Assembly: GCA_951406725.2 (NCBI GenBank)
Contig: OX597818.1
Span: 100,688,001-100,752,000 of the forward strand
Length of the DNA stretch: 64,000 nucleotides
Reading direction: 5' to 3'
Source: Octopus vulgaris
Taxonomy: Eukaryota
How positions within the stretch are numbered: position 1 is the first letter of the stretch; every line of letters starts with the position of its first letter. Positions 41,651 to 55,619 of this stretch are shown here, piece after piece. The notes below the pieces were generated by a model. It saw nothing but the letters and a program-made list of their open reading frames with translations, made no database searches and had not been told where the DNA came from. The translations under genes were made by a program, and so were the position numbers.

Positions 41651-42397
41651 AATATTTGTTTATTCTATTCACATTTTCCTTGTGTTCATTGCTAGATCTT
41701 CTAATTTATAGTATTTGATCTTCTGCGTTTTTAACGTTACTACGCCTATTCACTAGGAACCAGATAAAAAAAAAAATATCGATTTGTAAATATATTTCTT
41801 TATTTTTTCATTCACCTTTCTCATTTACAATTTCCAGCTACCTTCATCCCGATTTAACATTCATCTAACCGCCATTGTTTCTCACATAATACGAACACCT
41901 GGGCATACACTCATTAATGCTGTTCTTTAAATAACTCCACAGCGCAGGAAATACAGGTATCTATCACTGGTACAACAAGTGGAAGTATTTCATAATTTCA
42001 CATATAAGCTGAGGGACGAAATGAATATATATATAGTTGCTATTATGTTAAAGTGTCGTATGTCTAAATTTGGCCAAATGCGTTTTTTTTTCAGTTTTCA
42101 ATTTTGCTTGCAATGGCCGATTCTTTTGGTCAAGTTATCGTATTTCCAGCAGCTTCAGTTTACAAATTGTCTAAGTCTGTAGTACAACGGTTTAGCATTT
42201 TTCAAAAGTGTAGTAAGTCCCACAATGGACAGTTTAGCAAAAAGTATTTCTGACTGAAAATATCATTACATGCATGGAGTTGCGATTTATGCACCTATCA
42301 AAGTATCGTTGTTAAGATGAAACTATTGCTAATATAAAAACAAAAGGGAATAGAGACACTATTTTCCAATTTCTGAAAATATTTGCATAATAGTAAC

Positions 42398-42487
<90 letters not shown>

Positions 42488-42498
42488 TACATTTATAC

Positions 42499-42532
<34 letters not shown>

Positions 42533-43058
42533 GTGTGTGGGGGGGGGGGCGTGTATAAAGCTATTTACGTTCATTTTTACTTTACTTTACATCCACTTTT
42601 TATCAATTCCTGTTTCTTCTTAGCATTAAGGAGAGTCAATTCTAACACCTAGTAGACATGAAACAAGACAAGCAAGCTAATTTGCATGTAGTTTCGGTCT
42701 TCCATACATTTTAAATATATATATAGAGAAAGTTTATAAGTATAAGTATAATTGAATCATTAGTGTAATAATGCTTTTCTGGTGATCTGATGCGCTAGCT
42801 TTATTTGCATTCATTTGTAAATATACAATTGTACTTCTTAATTCCGAGCACGAATATTAATGCAAGTATGCTATGAAGTATCCGTAATATTAAGGATCCC
42901 CTGTTCTTGAATAAATAGTTTCACCTCTCATTCGCACATCCTGACGGTTTATATACCCCACAGTAAATAATTTCAGCGACTACATTACACATTCGTCCAT
43001 CTCTATGGGCATGTTATGTGGACTGCTGGCTAAGTCCGTAAAAAGAACCTACTGTGTG

Positions 43059-43143
<85 letters not shown>

Positions 43144-43254
43144 ATAAATATATATATATATATATATGTATATAAATATATATATGTATATAAATATATA
43201 TATCATAATCATGTCAAACCTAGAACAATGCAATCTGAGGGCAAGTATCGACAT

Positions 43255-43535
43255 TCATAAATATCAAACATCCAGTCAACATCATGTTGTTTGGAATGAT
43301 CACTATTGCTGGCGACGTTATCTTCCCACACGGCCTCAGACGCACTACGGAGACCTACATCAAATGCCTGAAGGACTTAATCTTGCCCTGAATCAAGAGG
43401 GTGGACGCTAGAACAAACAGGAGAACACTGGCATGGGTGTCATATAATTTCTGCGAGCATATCACCCCTAAAATCTAGACACCTAACTTTCCAGACTTCT
43501 ATTCTCTTTATTATTATGTGTAGAGCGCAGATGGT
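43255..43535 (+). mobile_element. Tc1/mariner superfamily (maT/DD37D-like) transposase remnant
   Basis: Reads KHPVNIMLFGMITIAGDVIFPHGLR..TETYIKCL..ILP*IKRV..NFCEHITPKI*TPNFPDFYSLYYYV. Confidence 0.75.
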
Positions 43536-43860
43536 GTCTGAAGAGACCCACACGAAAGAGAAACAACATCAGCAGAATCGTTGATTGTACCTCGACGATG
43601 TTCACGCACAAGTTGATGAATTCACTCCACATTTCCGGGGGTGACGCACATGGAAGTTCTTCCAGATCGTTCATCGTCTTCCAAGGATGTTCTTTTCCTT
43701 TTGAAGCGCCCGTACCACTGGAAATATTGTATGCAGCCCACTGTCGTAAGGTTGCCAATGTATGCTTAATATCTCTCGAGCAGACTTCTGAAGTTAACGC
43801 AAAATTTCACGTTGGTTCCGATTTTTCTTTTTAATTTTCATTGCATCCTTCCATCTGTCC
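43536..43860 (-). mobile_element. Mariner transposase N-terminal (HTH) remnant
   Basis: Minus: NVKFCV..KSAREIL..FQWYGRFKRKRTSLEDDERSGR..VTPGNVE*IHQLVREHRR.TI. Confidence 0.8.
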
Positions 43861-44280
43861 ACTTTCTATGAGACATTTCGCATCGGTTTATTTATAAGAA
43901 AGAAACGTCTTCTTCGAAGCCGCATTGCCTTTATTATCATGTATATTGCCAATTTCTTACTTTTTTTGTGTGTATTCACATTTGTACCATGTTTTTCTTT
44001 TCGTCCACAGTCCTCAGAGTTGTTTCGCTTTTCTGAACAGCTTCTCGTTGTTCACTCCAGTAGAACTATTGAAGGTGGGGAAATATAATGGTGTTTTCGG
44101 TTAGAAGAGACTAAGAAAGAGCGTATCCATGTGACGTGTGTGAAGTTTCGTTTGGTTAGTCGCTGAGCTTCCGTTTAATTTTTGCAATACGCACAAACAC
44201 ACATATCTCGCTCGTAAGAGAGAGGGGGGCGATAGAGAGAGACATATAGATAGAGTGAGTGAGAGAGAGAGAGAGAGAGT

Positions 44281-44339
<59 letters not shown>

Positions 44340-44657
44340 CATAAGGGAGGAAATGACATTGAAGATTTTTTCACATATCAGTGACCATTTCAAGCACTTG
44401 TTTACAAGTGCCGCGTGTACCTACATGTACCGCGTCTGTTCAAAGAAGGAAGAGGGGAAATGTATAGAATTGCTGTTTGTCTTTCAATTAAGGTTCTATT
44501 ATATTCTCGCTTTTCATTATTCAATAGCGATACTAAAATTAGCAATCATGTTGTTTCAAGAATAAAATGGCGAGACGGTCTTGGATCTTCAAAAGATTTT
44601 CATTATCGACGAGTACTTGTCTTCAATACAAAAAATAAACGCAAGCGCGTGCACTTG

Positions 44658-44706
<49 letters not shown>

Positions 44707-44818
44707 ATGTGTGTGCGTGTATTTATGTGCGTGTGGGTGGGTCTTTGTTTAGGTATATTAGTATGCATGTACTTGTGTATACATACAAATATTCATGAAC
44801 ACACACACAGACACACAC

Positions 44819-44873
<55 letters not shown>

Positions 44874-44877
44874 TACA

Positions 44878-45006
44878 TCTGGCTGTGTGGTAAAAATCGT
44901 TCATAGCTCTTGTTTCAGTCCCTTTGTATGGTACCTACTATACCCTCGGGCTGACGAATGCCCTGTTAGAGGAATTGGTGCACGGAAACTGAAAGAAGCC
45001 CGAGTG

Positions 45007-45051
<45 letters not shown>

Positions 45052-45280
45052 AACATACACACTTGTGCGTTTGTGTGTGTATTTGTGTGTTTGTGTCTAT
45101 GTTCCTCCACCCACACCTACAATTGCATGAAAACCAATACTGGTGTGTTTACGCACCCATAAGTTAAGCGGTTTGGCAATAGAGAGGCAAAGTTTAAGTC
45201 AGACTTACAAAGCTCGATCTATTCGATTAATGTAATGGTCGAGCATGGCCGCTGTGAAATGACTAAAACAAGTAAGCAAA
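44878..45280 (+). mobile_element. SINE family A, diverged
   Basis: Colinear with 13345-13755. Confidence 0.8.
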
Positions 45281-47398
45281 TAAACGAACGTATACATTTA
45301 TACGCCTATATATGTTTACACACACACATACACACACACATATAGTTATATATACACACAATTTTAAAATAGGCTATAATCTTTATAAGAATTTATCAAG
45401 TAGTTAGCGTGAAAAACCTCATAAGGGAAAAATTTATTAATTATTCCCTTGAAATATATTTATTTATATTAAAGGTATTACTATACATAAATGTCTGTTC
45501 ATTGTTTTCTCACACAAACGAGTCGTTCATAGAAAACATTAGACCTGTGTCTAGCCGATCACAATTGACAGCAATAAATAAACAATTTAAGTACACAAAT
45601 AACGTAGATTATTTTCGAATCCCTTCGACATTATTACTGTTATGTGCACTCTATTTCTCTACATTTGCAATTTATGTTCTCATCGTTTTACTCGATTTCT
45701 GTTAATAAATTCGTTTCTTATAATACGGATTCTGTATAAGTGAATATGATATATTATCATTTCAAGGCCTATGAACATTTGGAAACATGTTCAATCTTTA
45801 GTGTATTTCGCATTTACTATAAATTCCTCTGTCAGAGTGTTAATCTTTCTTTTTCGTTCTCTGTTTCTCTGCCTGTCTGTCCTGTCTATCTGACTTTTAT
45901 TTTGTTTCTCTTTCTCTCTTTAATATACATTCGTTCCAGATATATTTTAATATATTGTTCCTTCAAATTCAAGCGTTTTTTTCACAAGCGACCAATGGGC
46001 CCCTACTTGGACATAAATTATTGCAAACAGTAGGTATTTTAAATTTTACAACTACAATGGACAGAATAATGAGACTTAAGAACTGTATAAAATATAGGTT
46101 ATAATCAAAGTAAGGATTCTCAAGAGAAATACAGATTTTGCACATGATCCATAAGCTATTTGATGAAAAGTTTCCTTGAGTCATCTCATGTCAAACAAAC
46201 ATTCGATAAACCTTCTTCTCTATATATTTTTGTGAAGAATACTTATTTTCTCTTTCATACTGCATTCAATTAATGACGCTGTTCAAATTAATTAGCTTAA
46301 ATTCAGCATATAAAATAATATGCATTTAAATATTCGTAATTTACTTAATTTAAGAATCATGAATTCTGAGTATTAATATTTTCCATAAAATTGGTACTAG
46401 GGAATGATATTGTTGACTTGATCTTTGACTTCCACTTCAACCTAACATCCATGTTTATTGACTGCTAAAATATTCTAGAGTGCTATGTTCAAATTACATT
46501 TCGAAATGATGCCTCATTTTAGAGATCAAAGTTCAAATATTCAAAACAAATTTGAAAACAAGCCCATAAATAATTTTAAAATTTTGTTTTATTTCTCTCC
46601 CAGCATTTTAATGATAAAACCAAATGCTAGTTAACAGTACTAATCTCCGATGATCGCAAATGCAGTCCTGTTTGGCTTTCAAACAATCAACTTGAAAAAA
46701 AAATGATGTCCTATGCTAACTATAGTGCGGCCATAATTCTTGAATCGGTGAAATATCGATTAAAATTTTAATTAAATTCCGGAGACAACTAGCTATCAAA
46801 TGCACTTTGGTTATTTAAATTAGCGTCAAAAATTGAGATTATACATGTGTGAACAGAATAGCTGAAGAAAAAAGTCGAAATAGCATTTAATTTGATTTTT
46901 CTTCTCTCTAATAGAAGAATTACATTAATTTGTTGTTTGAAATATAAGTTCCAGAAGCAAATATTCAATGAGAATAAATCGTTTTCATTTAATTACAGCA
47001 TTGTCTCAAGAACTCATCACAGAAACTTATAGACAAAATTCATTTAAATCTCTGGACACACAAACACAGGCGCAGATACTACAGAGGTACAGGCACACAA
47101 TCACTAACACACACATACACACACATTCACACACACACACACAAACTTACATAGCACTGCGTATTAATGTACAAGTTTTCACACACGCAAGAGTGTATAG
47201 CTAGATTGATAGATAGATATAGATATACACATACATATATAGGTTGGCATACACACATAATCACACATATCGATATACAATCGGTTCTGACAAGTATTTA
47301 CACAAACACACATATATACACACCCACGCACACTCACACAACCATACACACACACATACACACACATACACACACACACACACATATATATATATACA

Positions 47399-47445
<47 letters not shown>

Positions 47446-47684
47446 TTTAATGCTGTTTTATACCTTTAGCTATAACAAAAGCAATTTTACATTAATTTGA
47501 AGTGTTACTCAATATTTTTGTAAAGAACAAATTTATTATTCTTTAAGAAGAGCAATATTGACAGTAACATCCAAATTTCTGAACAAAATATTCTGTACAA
47601 AAGCATAATCTCCTAATTTAGTCAATAAAACATTTTCTACAAAACCTCTTCATCACAAATTTCCCCACTACCTAATTTAAAAGT

Positions 47685-47815
47685 AGAAGTGAATCTAACG
47701 GTGTTTGTGTGTTTCTTAAATAGCCTATAAACACCTTCCACGCTGCAATTGTTTTCGTTCAAGCACATGATCGCAGATCAGGTCACTTGCCCTGCAAGTA
47801 CATCTCCATAATATG
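47685..47815. mobile_element. Fragment of the 3225-3545 repeat family
   Basis: Reverse complement of ~3225-3352 (ttccacgctgcaattg...cacatgatc.cagatca.gtcacttgc...catctccataata). Confidence 0.8.
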
Positions 47816-48284
47816 TATATAGATATATGGATACATAGAAATAGCGCCAGAGTAACCTTAAACAAGAAGTCATTCGGAGTAAACCATTTCAGCCGCTTGC
47901 ATACATGGTCATCCTCTTTCTTTCATTACCAGATATTCGTGACCTTAAGTGACCATAAGTGATAAAAGACAAGATAGCCGAATAGAAAATAGAAAATTTC
48001 GATTGATTACTAACCTAACCTGGATCTGGGGCAATACTCTTAGAGCGTTTTCATTTCTAGCTTGCCATTCACTTCCCGAAAGAAACCATATTACTTGTTA
48101 AATCGGTCCCAAAATACTTAAACATCTTCAATTGCCTCAGTGATGTTTGTACTTAAATATAGCATGCTCTGCGAAGATTGTATTGCGAGAACCAACTTTA
48201 TTTGTCGTTGTGTCACTAATTCCCATCCATGGCATTGAGACATCGTGTGTGTCTGACACTGAATCAGCTTCGCTGACTGAGAGG

Positions 48285-48700
48285 TGACGGTCGTTCAGAG
48301 AATGCGCGGGTTAAGACTACGCGCCTTCACTAGTCAGTTAAAGTGAGACAGTGTCACGTGATAACTAACTGGGGCTGCCTGCTAGAGTCTGAGGCAGGCA
48401 ATAAAAGGGGAAATTTTGACAAGTCAGTCACCGGCTAACACTCGCTGATGATACAACGAAGAGGCGAGGGAACAGAAGAAAGAAGAAAAAAGAAGACATG
48501 CACCCAACACCAGAGCTGAAGACATCTCCGAAAGGTGGGGGCGCCGCGTCAAAACGGTAGAGAAGTAGGCGCCGAAACCGGACGTGGTTCCTCCTGATGA
48601 TGTCTTGAGCTAACTGTATCCTATAAAGGAACTTTTGTGATAGCAGACGACGAAACACGGATGGAATTCCCCCAAAACCTTCCACCACATTCTGATGAAA
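48285..48700 (+). mobile_element. GC-richer, hairpin-rich segment with clustered hammerhead cores (LTR/pLTR- or retrozyme-like)
   Basis: Several hairpins, an ATAAAAG TATA-like box at ~48401, and CTGANGA at 48445, 48516, 48594 and ~48692. Confidence 0.45.
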
Positions 48701-49074
48701 AAATGTGCACCCTTTCGTCTGTAAATATCAAATCTGAGACACTTTCTCGATAGCTGCATACACAAACACAATCACACACACATACACACAGATACAAACA
48801 CTGAGACATACACACGTATATTCTGTATATATTAGGCAATATTGATGTTCTTGATATTCCGAAGGCACAGCTATTTACTGTGAGGTTAATTACCACCCGC
48901 TGTTTTTCTCTTCAATTTATTTTGTGCATGTTACGATTCCCGCATTTACTAAGCCATCTCGTTGTTTTTACCAGCTTGATAAATGGTGAAGTAAAGTGAT
49001 ATTTCGTCTTGGAAACTTGGAGTAACTGTGTTTCATAGGGCTTTTTGTGCTTTTTTTATAATATACTGAGCTGC

Positions 49075-49408
49075 TGAGAGCCCCTTCGGTCATGACTGAC
49101 CATGAGGTTGTACCTATGAAGTTACCCTCCCAGGCACTAGTCCGGGCAAGGTTGTTTAAGGAAGACCAGCAGTCACCCATGCATACCGGCCTCCCCTCTC
49201 CACGCCACCACTATTATCCAAGAGAAAGGCAAAAGCCGATACAGCTTGGAACCTGTGACGTCGCAACTCATTTTCTACAGATGAGTGAACTGGAGCAACG
49301 TGAAATAGTGTCTTGCTCAAGAACACAACCCGCAGCCCTGCCCGGGATTCGAACTCAGAACCTCGCGATCGTAATCTCGACGTTCTAACAACTGAACCAT
49401 ACGCCTTC
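49075..49408 (-). mobile_element. SINE family C
   Basis: Inverted homolog of 29438-29765. Confidence 0.85.
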
Positions 49409-49416
49409 AGTTTTTA

Positions 49417-49515
<99 letters not shown>

Positions 49516-49525
49516 TAATAATAAT

Positions 49526-49680
49526 AGGGCTCTAAAGCCATAACTGAAGACAGCCGTAGAAAGAAGGAAGACTTCAGTATGGCTTGGATCGACTATCGAA
49601 AGGCTTTTGATAGTATTCCCCACACGTGGATCCTCGAAACTTTAACCATTAACAAGGTAGAACCAATAATTATAAAATAG
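49526..49680 (+). mobile_element. Internal RT fragment of an R4/Dong-type LINE
   Basis: Reads KAITEDSRRKKEDFSMAWIDYRKAFDSIPHTWILETL (non-LTR RT D..KAFDS.PH motif). Confidence 0.85.
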
Positions 49681-49798
<118 letters not shown>

Positions 49799-49849
49799 AA
49801 GAAGAAGAGGAGGAAGAAGAGTAAGAAGCAGAAGAAGAAGAAGATTACG

Positions 49850-50070
49850 TACACATTTTAGCGCAAGGGCAGCAATTTCGGGGTGGGGGGATGATGAGTC
49901 AATTACATCGACTCGCAATGTTCGAAAGATATTTATTTTATCGACCCCCAAGGGAAAAAAAGTTAAAGTCCGACTAGGTTTAAGTTGAACCCGTATATAC
50001 TCCGTATCAACAGGTAGATACAGCTAAACATTTCGTCCAGCGTGCTAAGAATTCGGCGAGCTCGCCGCCT
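49850..50070 (-). mobile_element. SINE family B, diverged
   Basis: atcgacccc..gtccgac..catttcgtccagcgtgctaa..ctcgccgcc. Confidence 0.7.
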
Positions 50071-50071
50071 G

Positions 50072-50133
<62 letters not shown>

Positions 50134-51008
50134 TAATAATAATAATAAAAACAACAACAGCAATAATAATGTTAATAGTAGTAATAGTAGTAGCATTAGT
50201 AGCATGTGTGTATGTATGTACGTAAGCAAAACACATGATCTGTTGATGTCACAAATATATTCCTATTTGAATAATTTTCATATTTACTACTAAAATTCTA
50301 TCTCGGTTCAGTTTTATTCTTCCAATAAAATGCATTACACAACTACTACTAACTGTTGAAGAAGATGATACAAACATTCCTACAAGACCCAGACATCGAT
50401 ATTCATAAATATAAGTTAGCGACTCTCCCCTCATACTTGTTTTGATGCTGCCGAGTAATTCGAAACTCAATTTAGTACTTAAGCTTAAAAAAAAATAAAA
50501 GTAATTTTATGACATGAAAAACTTCAACGGTTTGTTTATTTGAAACATAATGCATCAGGACCATTTCTATATTTTCATGTATAAAATTATATGATAAGAC
50601 TAAACTATAATTTTCGGAGTTTTTATATTTGTGATGCTGGCATCCTAGGTAAATTAAATTAAAAGACTTGATATAATCACAAAGAATTCTTCACAGCAAA
50701 TATTGTTTGTATACCATTAAAATCAATGTTGTTATGATGCAAGTCACAACATATTGATTTATATTAACAACGAACATATTATGGAAAATCATGCACGTTT
50801 GAGTTCTAATCAGAAAGTGAGACAAACGAGTCTTTCTCTCGGTAAGTGTTGTGCTATTCTCGCAGACACTACATACCAATATTTAACAGATCTAACACCT
50901 GTTCTTATATGAATGCGCAACTGATGGTTACTGGGTGTCTTTCTGGTTAAGTTTCCACACAAACTCACTCATAGATAATACATACATCTCTCTCTCTCTC
51001 TCTCTCTC

Positions 51009-51069
<61 letters not shown>

Positions 51070-51171
51070 GAGTAGTTGCGCTGAGCAGTATTTACGTATA
51101 ATGACAAATTAGGTTAGTTGAAATATATGACAAAGATATTTCAAATAACCTAAATTATGAACATATATATG

Positions 51172-51202
<31 letters not shown>

Positions 51203-51339
51203 TTAGGTTTCAAAGAATAAACTACACGTGGTATAAATAGGGGAAAAGTAAAAAGAAAACAAAGAAAATGCACATTAGATATTAAAAGCAAAGGCATTTG
51301 AAAGAAAAGCAAAGATATATACATACAATTAGATGATTT

Positions 51340-53125
51340 GAAATAGAATTATGAAGTATAAAAATCATTATTATGAACCATTGTAGTGATTCGAAGTCAT
51401 ACCGTTATCGTCAGAGTTGATCACTGACTTTGAATGAACACCGATTTCCAAATGGTATTGGGTCTAATTGTACCTGAGTGAAAAGATCACATGCAAGGGA
51501 GATAAGCAGCACTGGTAGTGATGCAATTAATGTAGATATAAATACTTGAATATGAATGGTGTATGAATGTGAATACTTGAATATGAATGGCGTTTGAGAT
51601 GTATAGAGAATAGTGGGAATATTGGTATTTGTAAGGTTAGTAGTGTTCTGTATTACGTCGTGTGTTCATGTTGAGTTGTGGATGATATTTATTAATGAAA
51701 GTTGCCTCTTTATTTCATCTTTGCTGTACTGAGGTGTTTTGTGAACATTGATACTTGCCCTCAGATTGCACTGTTATTGTTTGACACTCTCTATATTGTG
51801 GGTAGCGGAATTTTCTTTGTAGAGTTCTTCGTCGCAGTGACATTCCTGTTCGGCCTATATAGTGATTTCTGCACCCTAAGCAGGCAATAGCATATATTAA
51901 GTTTTCAGAGGCACAGGTGAAATTTAATTTTGTCTTAAATATTTCACCTTGTTTGAAGTGAAACTCTTTACCCTCCAAAAGGTGGGGGGCATGTGCCACA
52001 GTCAGGTCGCCCGTATATTTTCAATTATGGCACCATTATTAATGGATATAATCTTGCACTGGTTAATATTTTTTTCACTGATTTTGGTTGCATTTCGCTC
52101 TTGAAAATTTTGTGTGAGCCTAAAATTTTGTTCATTATTATATCACCAGTTGTATCTCTATTCTCACTTTACTTAGTTGCACTCATACTGAGGTCCAAAT
52201 AGCACAGTGATATAATGGGAAGATTAGGAATTGTGGATGTAGTTGTTCTGCACACCTGGCAATGTGTTCACTGAGATATATCTAGTGATATTGAAGGGAA
52301 AAGATCTGTTGTCTGTGAACCGTACATCTACGTCTAAGGGAGCCATTATGGTTTTTATGACAGCCCGAGTATCTAATGACATAAATGAGGTTTTCAGCGG
52401 AGCAAGTGAAATTGCATCTAAATTCGAATTTTTACCTTTGTTCAAAATGGAATACTGATCCTTCCAAAAGATTGGGACTTGTTCCTCAGTTAGGTCGACC
52501 CCACTTTTTTAGTCTTGCATCCGTTATTCTTGAGAATAATTTCGCATTTGTGAGGGTCTGTAATGGTTTGTTCGTATATGCTTTTAATGAGCTCATGCCT
52601 ACTCAAAATTTCCTTCAGTTAGGGGTCCATATGGATATTGGTATATTTTGGTCAATGATCTTAAATGCTTAGTTCTTTCAGGGCTTGTATCTGGACACAC
52701 AGTGTAGTATTTTCAGAGTAGATGTGTTATTGCGTTCGACTTTTCTTAATGTTTGCATGCCATTTGCTTTTGCATGTCTAATCCCATCATTTATGAGTTG
52801 AATTGGGCAGTATCTGTCAATTAGTACGTTTTTAATCTCTTGCAGTCTCAATTCTCTGGTATTTTTTAGGACACTATGCTACAAATCCTTCTTGCAAGGT
52901 TGAAGGGGATATTTGCTTTAATATGTCTCGGGTGGCATGATCTAAATAATAGATATTGTGTAGCGTCTGTGGTTTTGTAAAATATGTCCATTTCTATTAT
53001 TAGCCCTTTTTTAAACCAGTATGTCAACGAACTGGAGTTTGTTTTGGTTGTGTTCTATCGTGAATTGTATGTTTGTGTTAATGCTATTAAGCAGTCTTTT
53101 GATGTCCAGGAGTTTGTTTTCTTTT
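51340..53125 (-). mobile_element. Penelope-like retroelement remnant: RT C-terminus, linker, two GIY-YIG domains
   Basis: Minus: LNSINTNIQFTIE..LQFVDILV..DIFYKTTDATQYLLFRSCHPRHIKANIPFNLARRICSIVS, then FTCSAENLIYVI (~52380), FTCASENLIYAIACLGCRNHYIGRTG (~51850-51920) and FINKYHPQLN end (~51670). Confidence 0.9.
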
Positions 53126-53229
53126 CATATATATATATATAATTCCATGGCATACTCGCACACACGCAAACACGCGCAGGCAACGTATACACACACATAC
53201 TTATGAACAGTGAGCTATGCATAAATTCA

Positions 53230-53347
<118 letters not shown>

Positions 53348-53934
53348 TAGATATATACACATCTATTTACACATAGATTCATACACTCATACATACGGGC
53401 ACACACACACGCACACACGTATATGAAATGCTGTGTCAGGAGCACTGGAGAATATTTATACTTCTTCCTCAGAACTCCTATAGAAATTTATAATGTGAAT
53501 ATTTACACTTGAATAATACCTGTCGTAGGAAGAAGTACTAAACGTTTAAATTGATTTCAGATCTTAATCACCTACTGGTAAGTATTTTATTCATTCACTC
53601 ACACACTCACACACACGCGCGCGCGCAGGACACACTTTCATGTTTATATGTATACACTTTATTTTTAAAATTTAAGGTAAAAAAGACGAAAACAAGTGTA
53701 GGAACAAGCAGGTGTATTACTTTTATGCTGAGAAACAATGGAAAAGTATTTTACGTTACGAACCTACGTCCTTCGAAAGAAAGGTTTAAGTGGGGTAAAT
53801 GGATAGTGAATGGAAAAGAGGAAAAAAATGGAGAGAGAAAAATATGTAGAAATTAACGGTTCAATGGTGTGAAATGGCTAGAAAAAAGAGGCTGTATGTA
53901 TACACCTTATATAGATCATATGCATTTCAACTTT

Positions 53935-54075
53935 TACGACGAGGCCATCAACTTTGGGAACGTCGGTAAATCGACCATATCGCCCCCAATGGTACTTATT
54001 TTACCGTTCCAGGAAAGATGAAAGACAATGTCGACGGATTTGAAATCAAGCCGAAAAGACAGACGAAATACCGCA
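53935..54075 (-). mobile_element. SINE family B fragment
   Basis: tggtacttatttt..gaaagatgaaag.caa.gtcgac..cagacgaaataccgc. Confidence 0.7.
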
Positions 54076-54217
54076 GTCTCGTTTTATACATACATTATTT
54101 AGAGTTAAATCCGGTTTTACCTAGTAACTGCTCGTACGACTCTCCAAAGAAACCTTTCCGCAATATATGAAAGACGTAGCACTGTAATACGTACTAAATA
54201 AAATATTGTCCTTATGC

Positions 54218-54270
<53 letters not shown>

Positions 54271-54958
54271 TATGATCAAATAAAGGAAAATAATTAGTGG
54301 GTATACATATAGAAATCACAGCCATTCAAAATCACAATGACAGAAATGTATATAATTTGTATACTGTTTTAGCAAACTTTGACATGTAGTCTTTGAATGA
54401 ATTTTTCCAAAACAGTTGATCTAAATGCTATTATTCAAACAACAAAGGAAAAACAATGTCTTGATCGAAGTAGTAGTTGATTTAATCGAACATTAATTGA
54501 TTTATTGCAAATATAAAAATAATCTCTTAAATTTTTTATTGGCAGATTTTTTAAAAACAATTTTTAATGTAATTTTTTTTAATTTTTACTATATTTGCGC
54601 CATAGTTGACTCCATGGTTTGAAAACTGCTGTAGTTTAACTTAATGACCGCCCCTGATATTTATTAGTTCAGGTGTAAATTCTGTGATAATTGAATCAAT
54701 AATCATTTTATGGTAGTGCTCATGTTACTACACTATGTAGAGTAACAGCAGCTCGACAAAAGCATGAAGATTTATACAATATGACATTGTTCTGAAATTT
54801 TCGCACAAGGCTAGAAAATTTCGGGGTCGATTCTTTCAGTATTGATATATTTCGGATGACGGTGGAATACGAACAACTGCACTTCCAGTCAGGAATTGCT
54901 CGTCAAAATCTCGACACACAAAAAATAAATAATTCCATAGCATACAAACACACGCACA

Positions 54959-55040
<82 letters not shown>

Positions 55041-55101
55041 AACACTTATGAACAGTGAGCTATGCATACATGCATGAACATAAAAATACATGCACCTGCC
55101 C

Positions 55102-55151
<50 letters not shown>

Positions 55152-55186
55152 GTACACTTTCACACGCACACGTATACACACACAGT

Positions 55187-55224
<38 letters not shown>

Positions 55225-55227
<3 letters not shown>

Positions 55228-55619
55228 GACCCAGTCGCACTCCGTCGGTTACGACGACAAGAGTTCCAGTTGATCCGAACAACGGAACAACCTGCTCGTG
55301 AAGAATAAACGAGCAAGTAGATGAGCACTCCACAGATGCGTGTACCCTTAACGTAGTTCTTGGGGAGATACAGCTTGACACAGAGTGTGTAAAGGCTCTC
55401 GCTTTGAAATACAGACAACAGTAATAGGAAGAAAGAGGGAGAGAAAAATGTGTGGTGAAAGAATACAGCAGGGTTCGCCTCAACCCCCCTGCAGGAGCGT
55501 CTTGGAGATTTAGGTGTTTTCGCTCAATAAACACTCACAACGTTCAGTCTGGGAACGGTAACTGCGGTCCTATGACTACGAGTCCACTGCCCTAAACACT
55601 GTGTCATTACGCCGCCACA
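55225..55619 (-). mobile_element. tRNA-derived SINE sharing its head with family D but with a different tail
   Basis: tttaggtgttttcgctcaataaacac..ctgccctaa.cactg matches the 36893 head inverted. Tail 55225-55420 is unrelated. Confidence 0.8.

Noticed and set aside
51370-51420. Hammerhead remnant downstream of the Penelope ORF (minus CTGACGA..GAAT)
   Set aside because: Position fits a pLTR but the stems cannot be reconstructed.
52486-52488. In-frame TGA at a conserved Cys of the Penelope linker (selenocysteine as in some Naiads?)
   Set aside because: Neighbouring Cys codons are also mutated and the second copy has TGT there. Ordinary decay is more likely.
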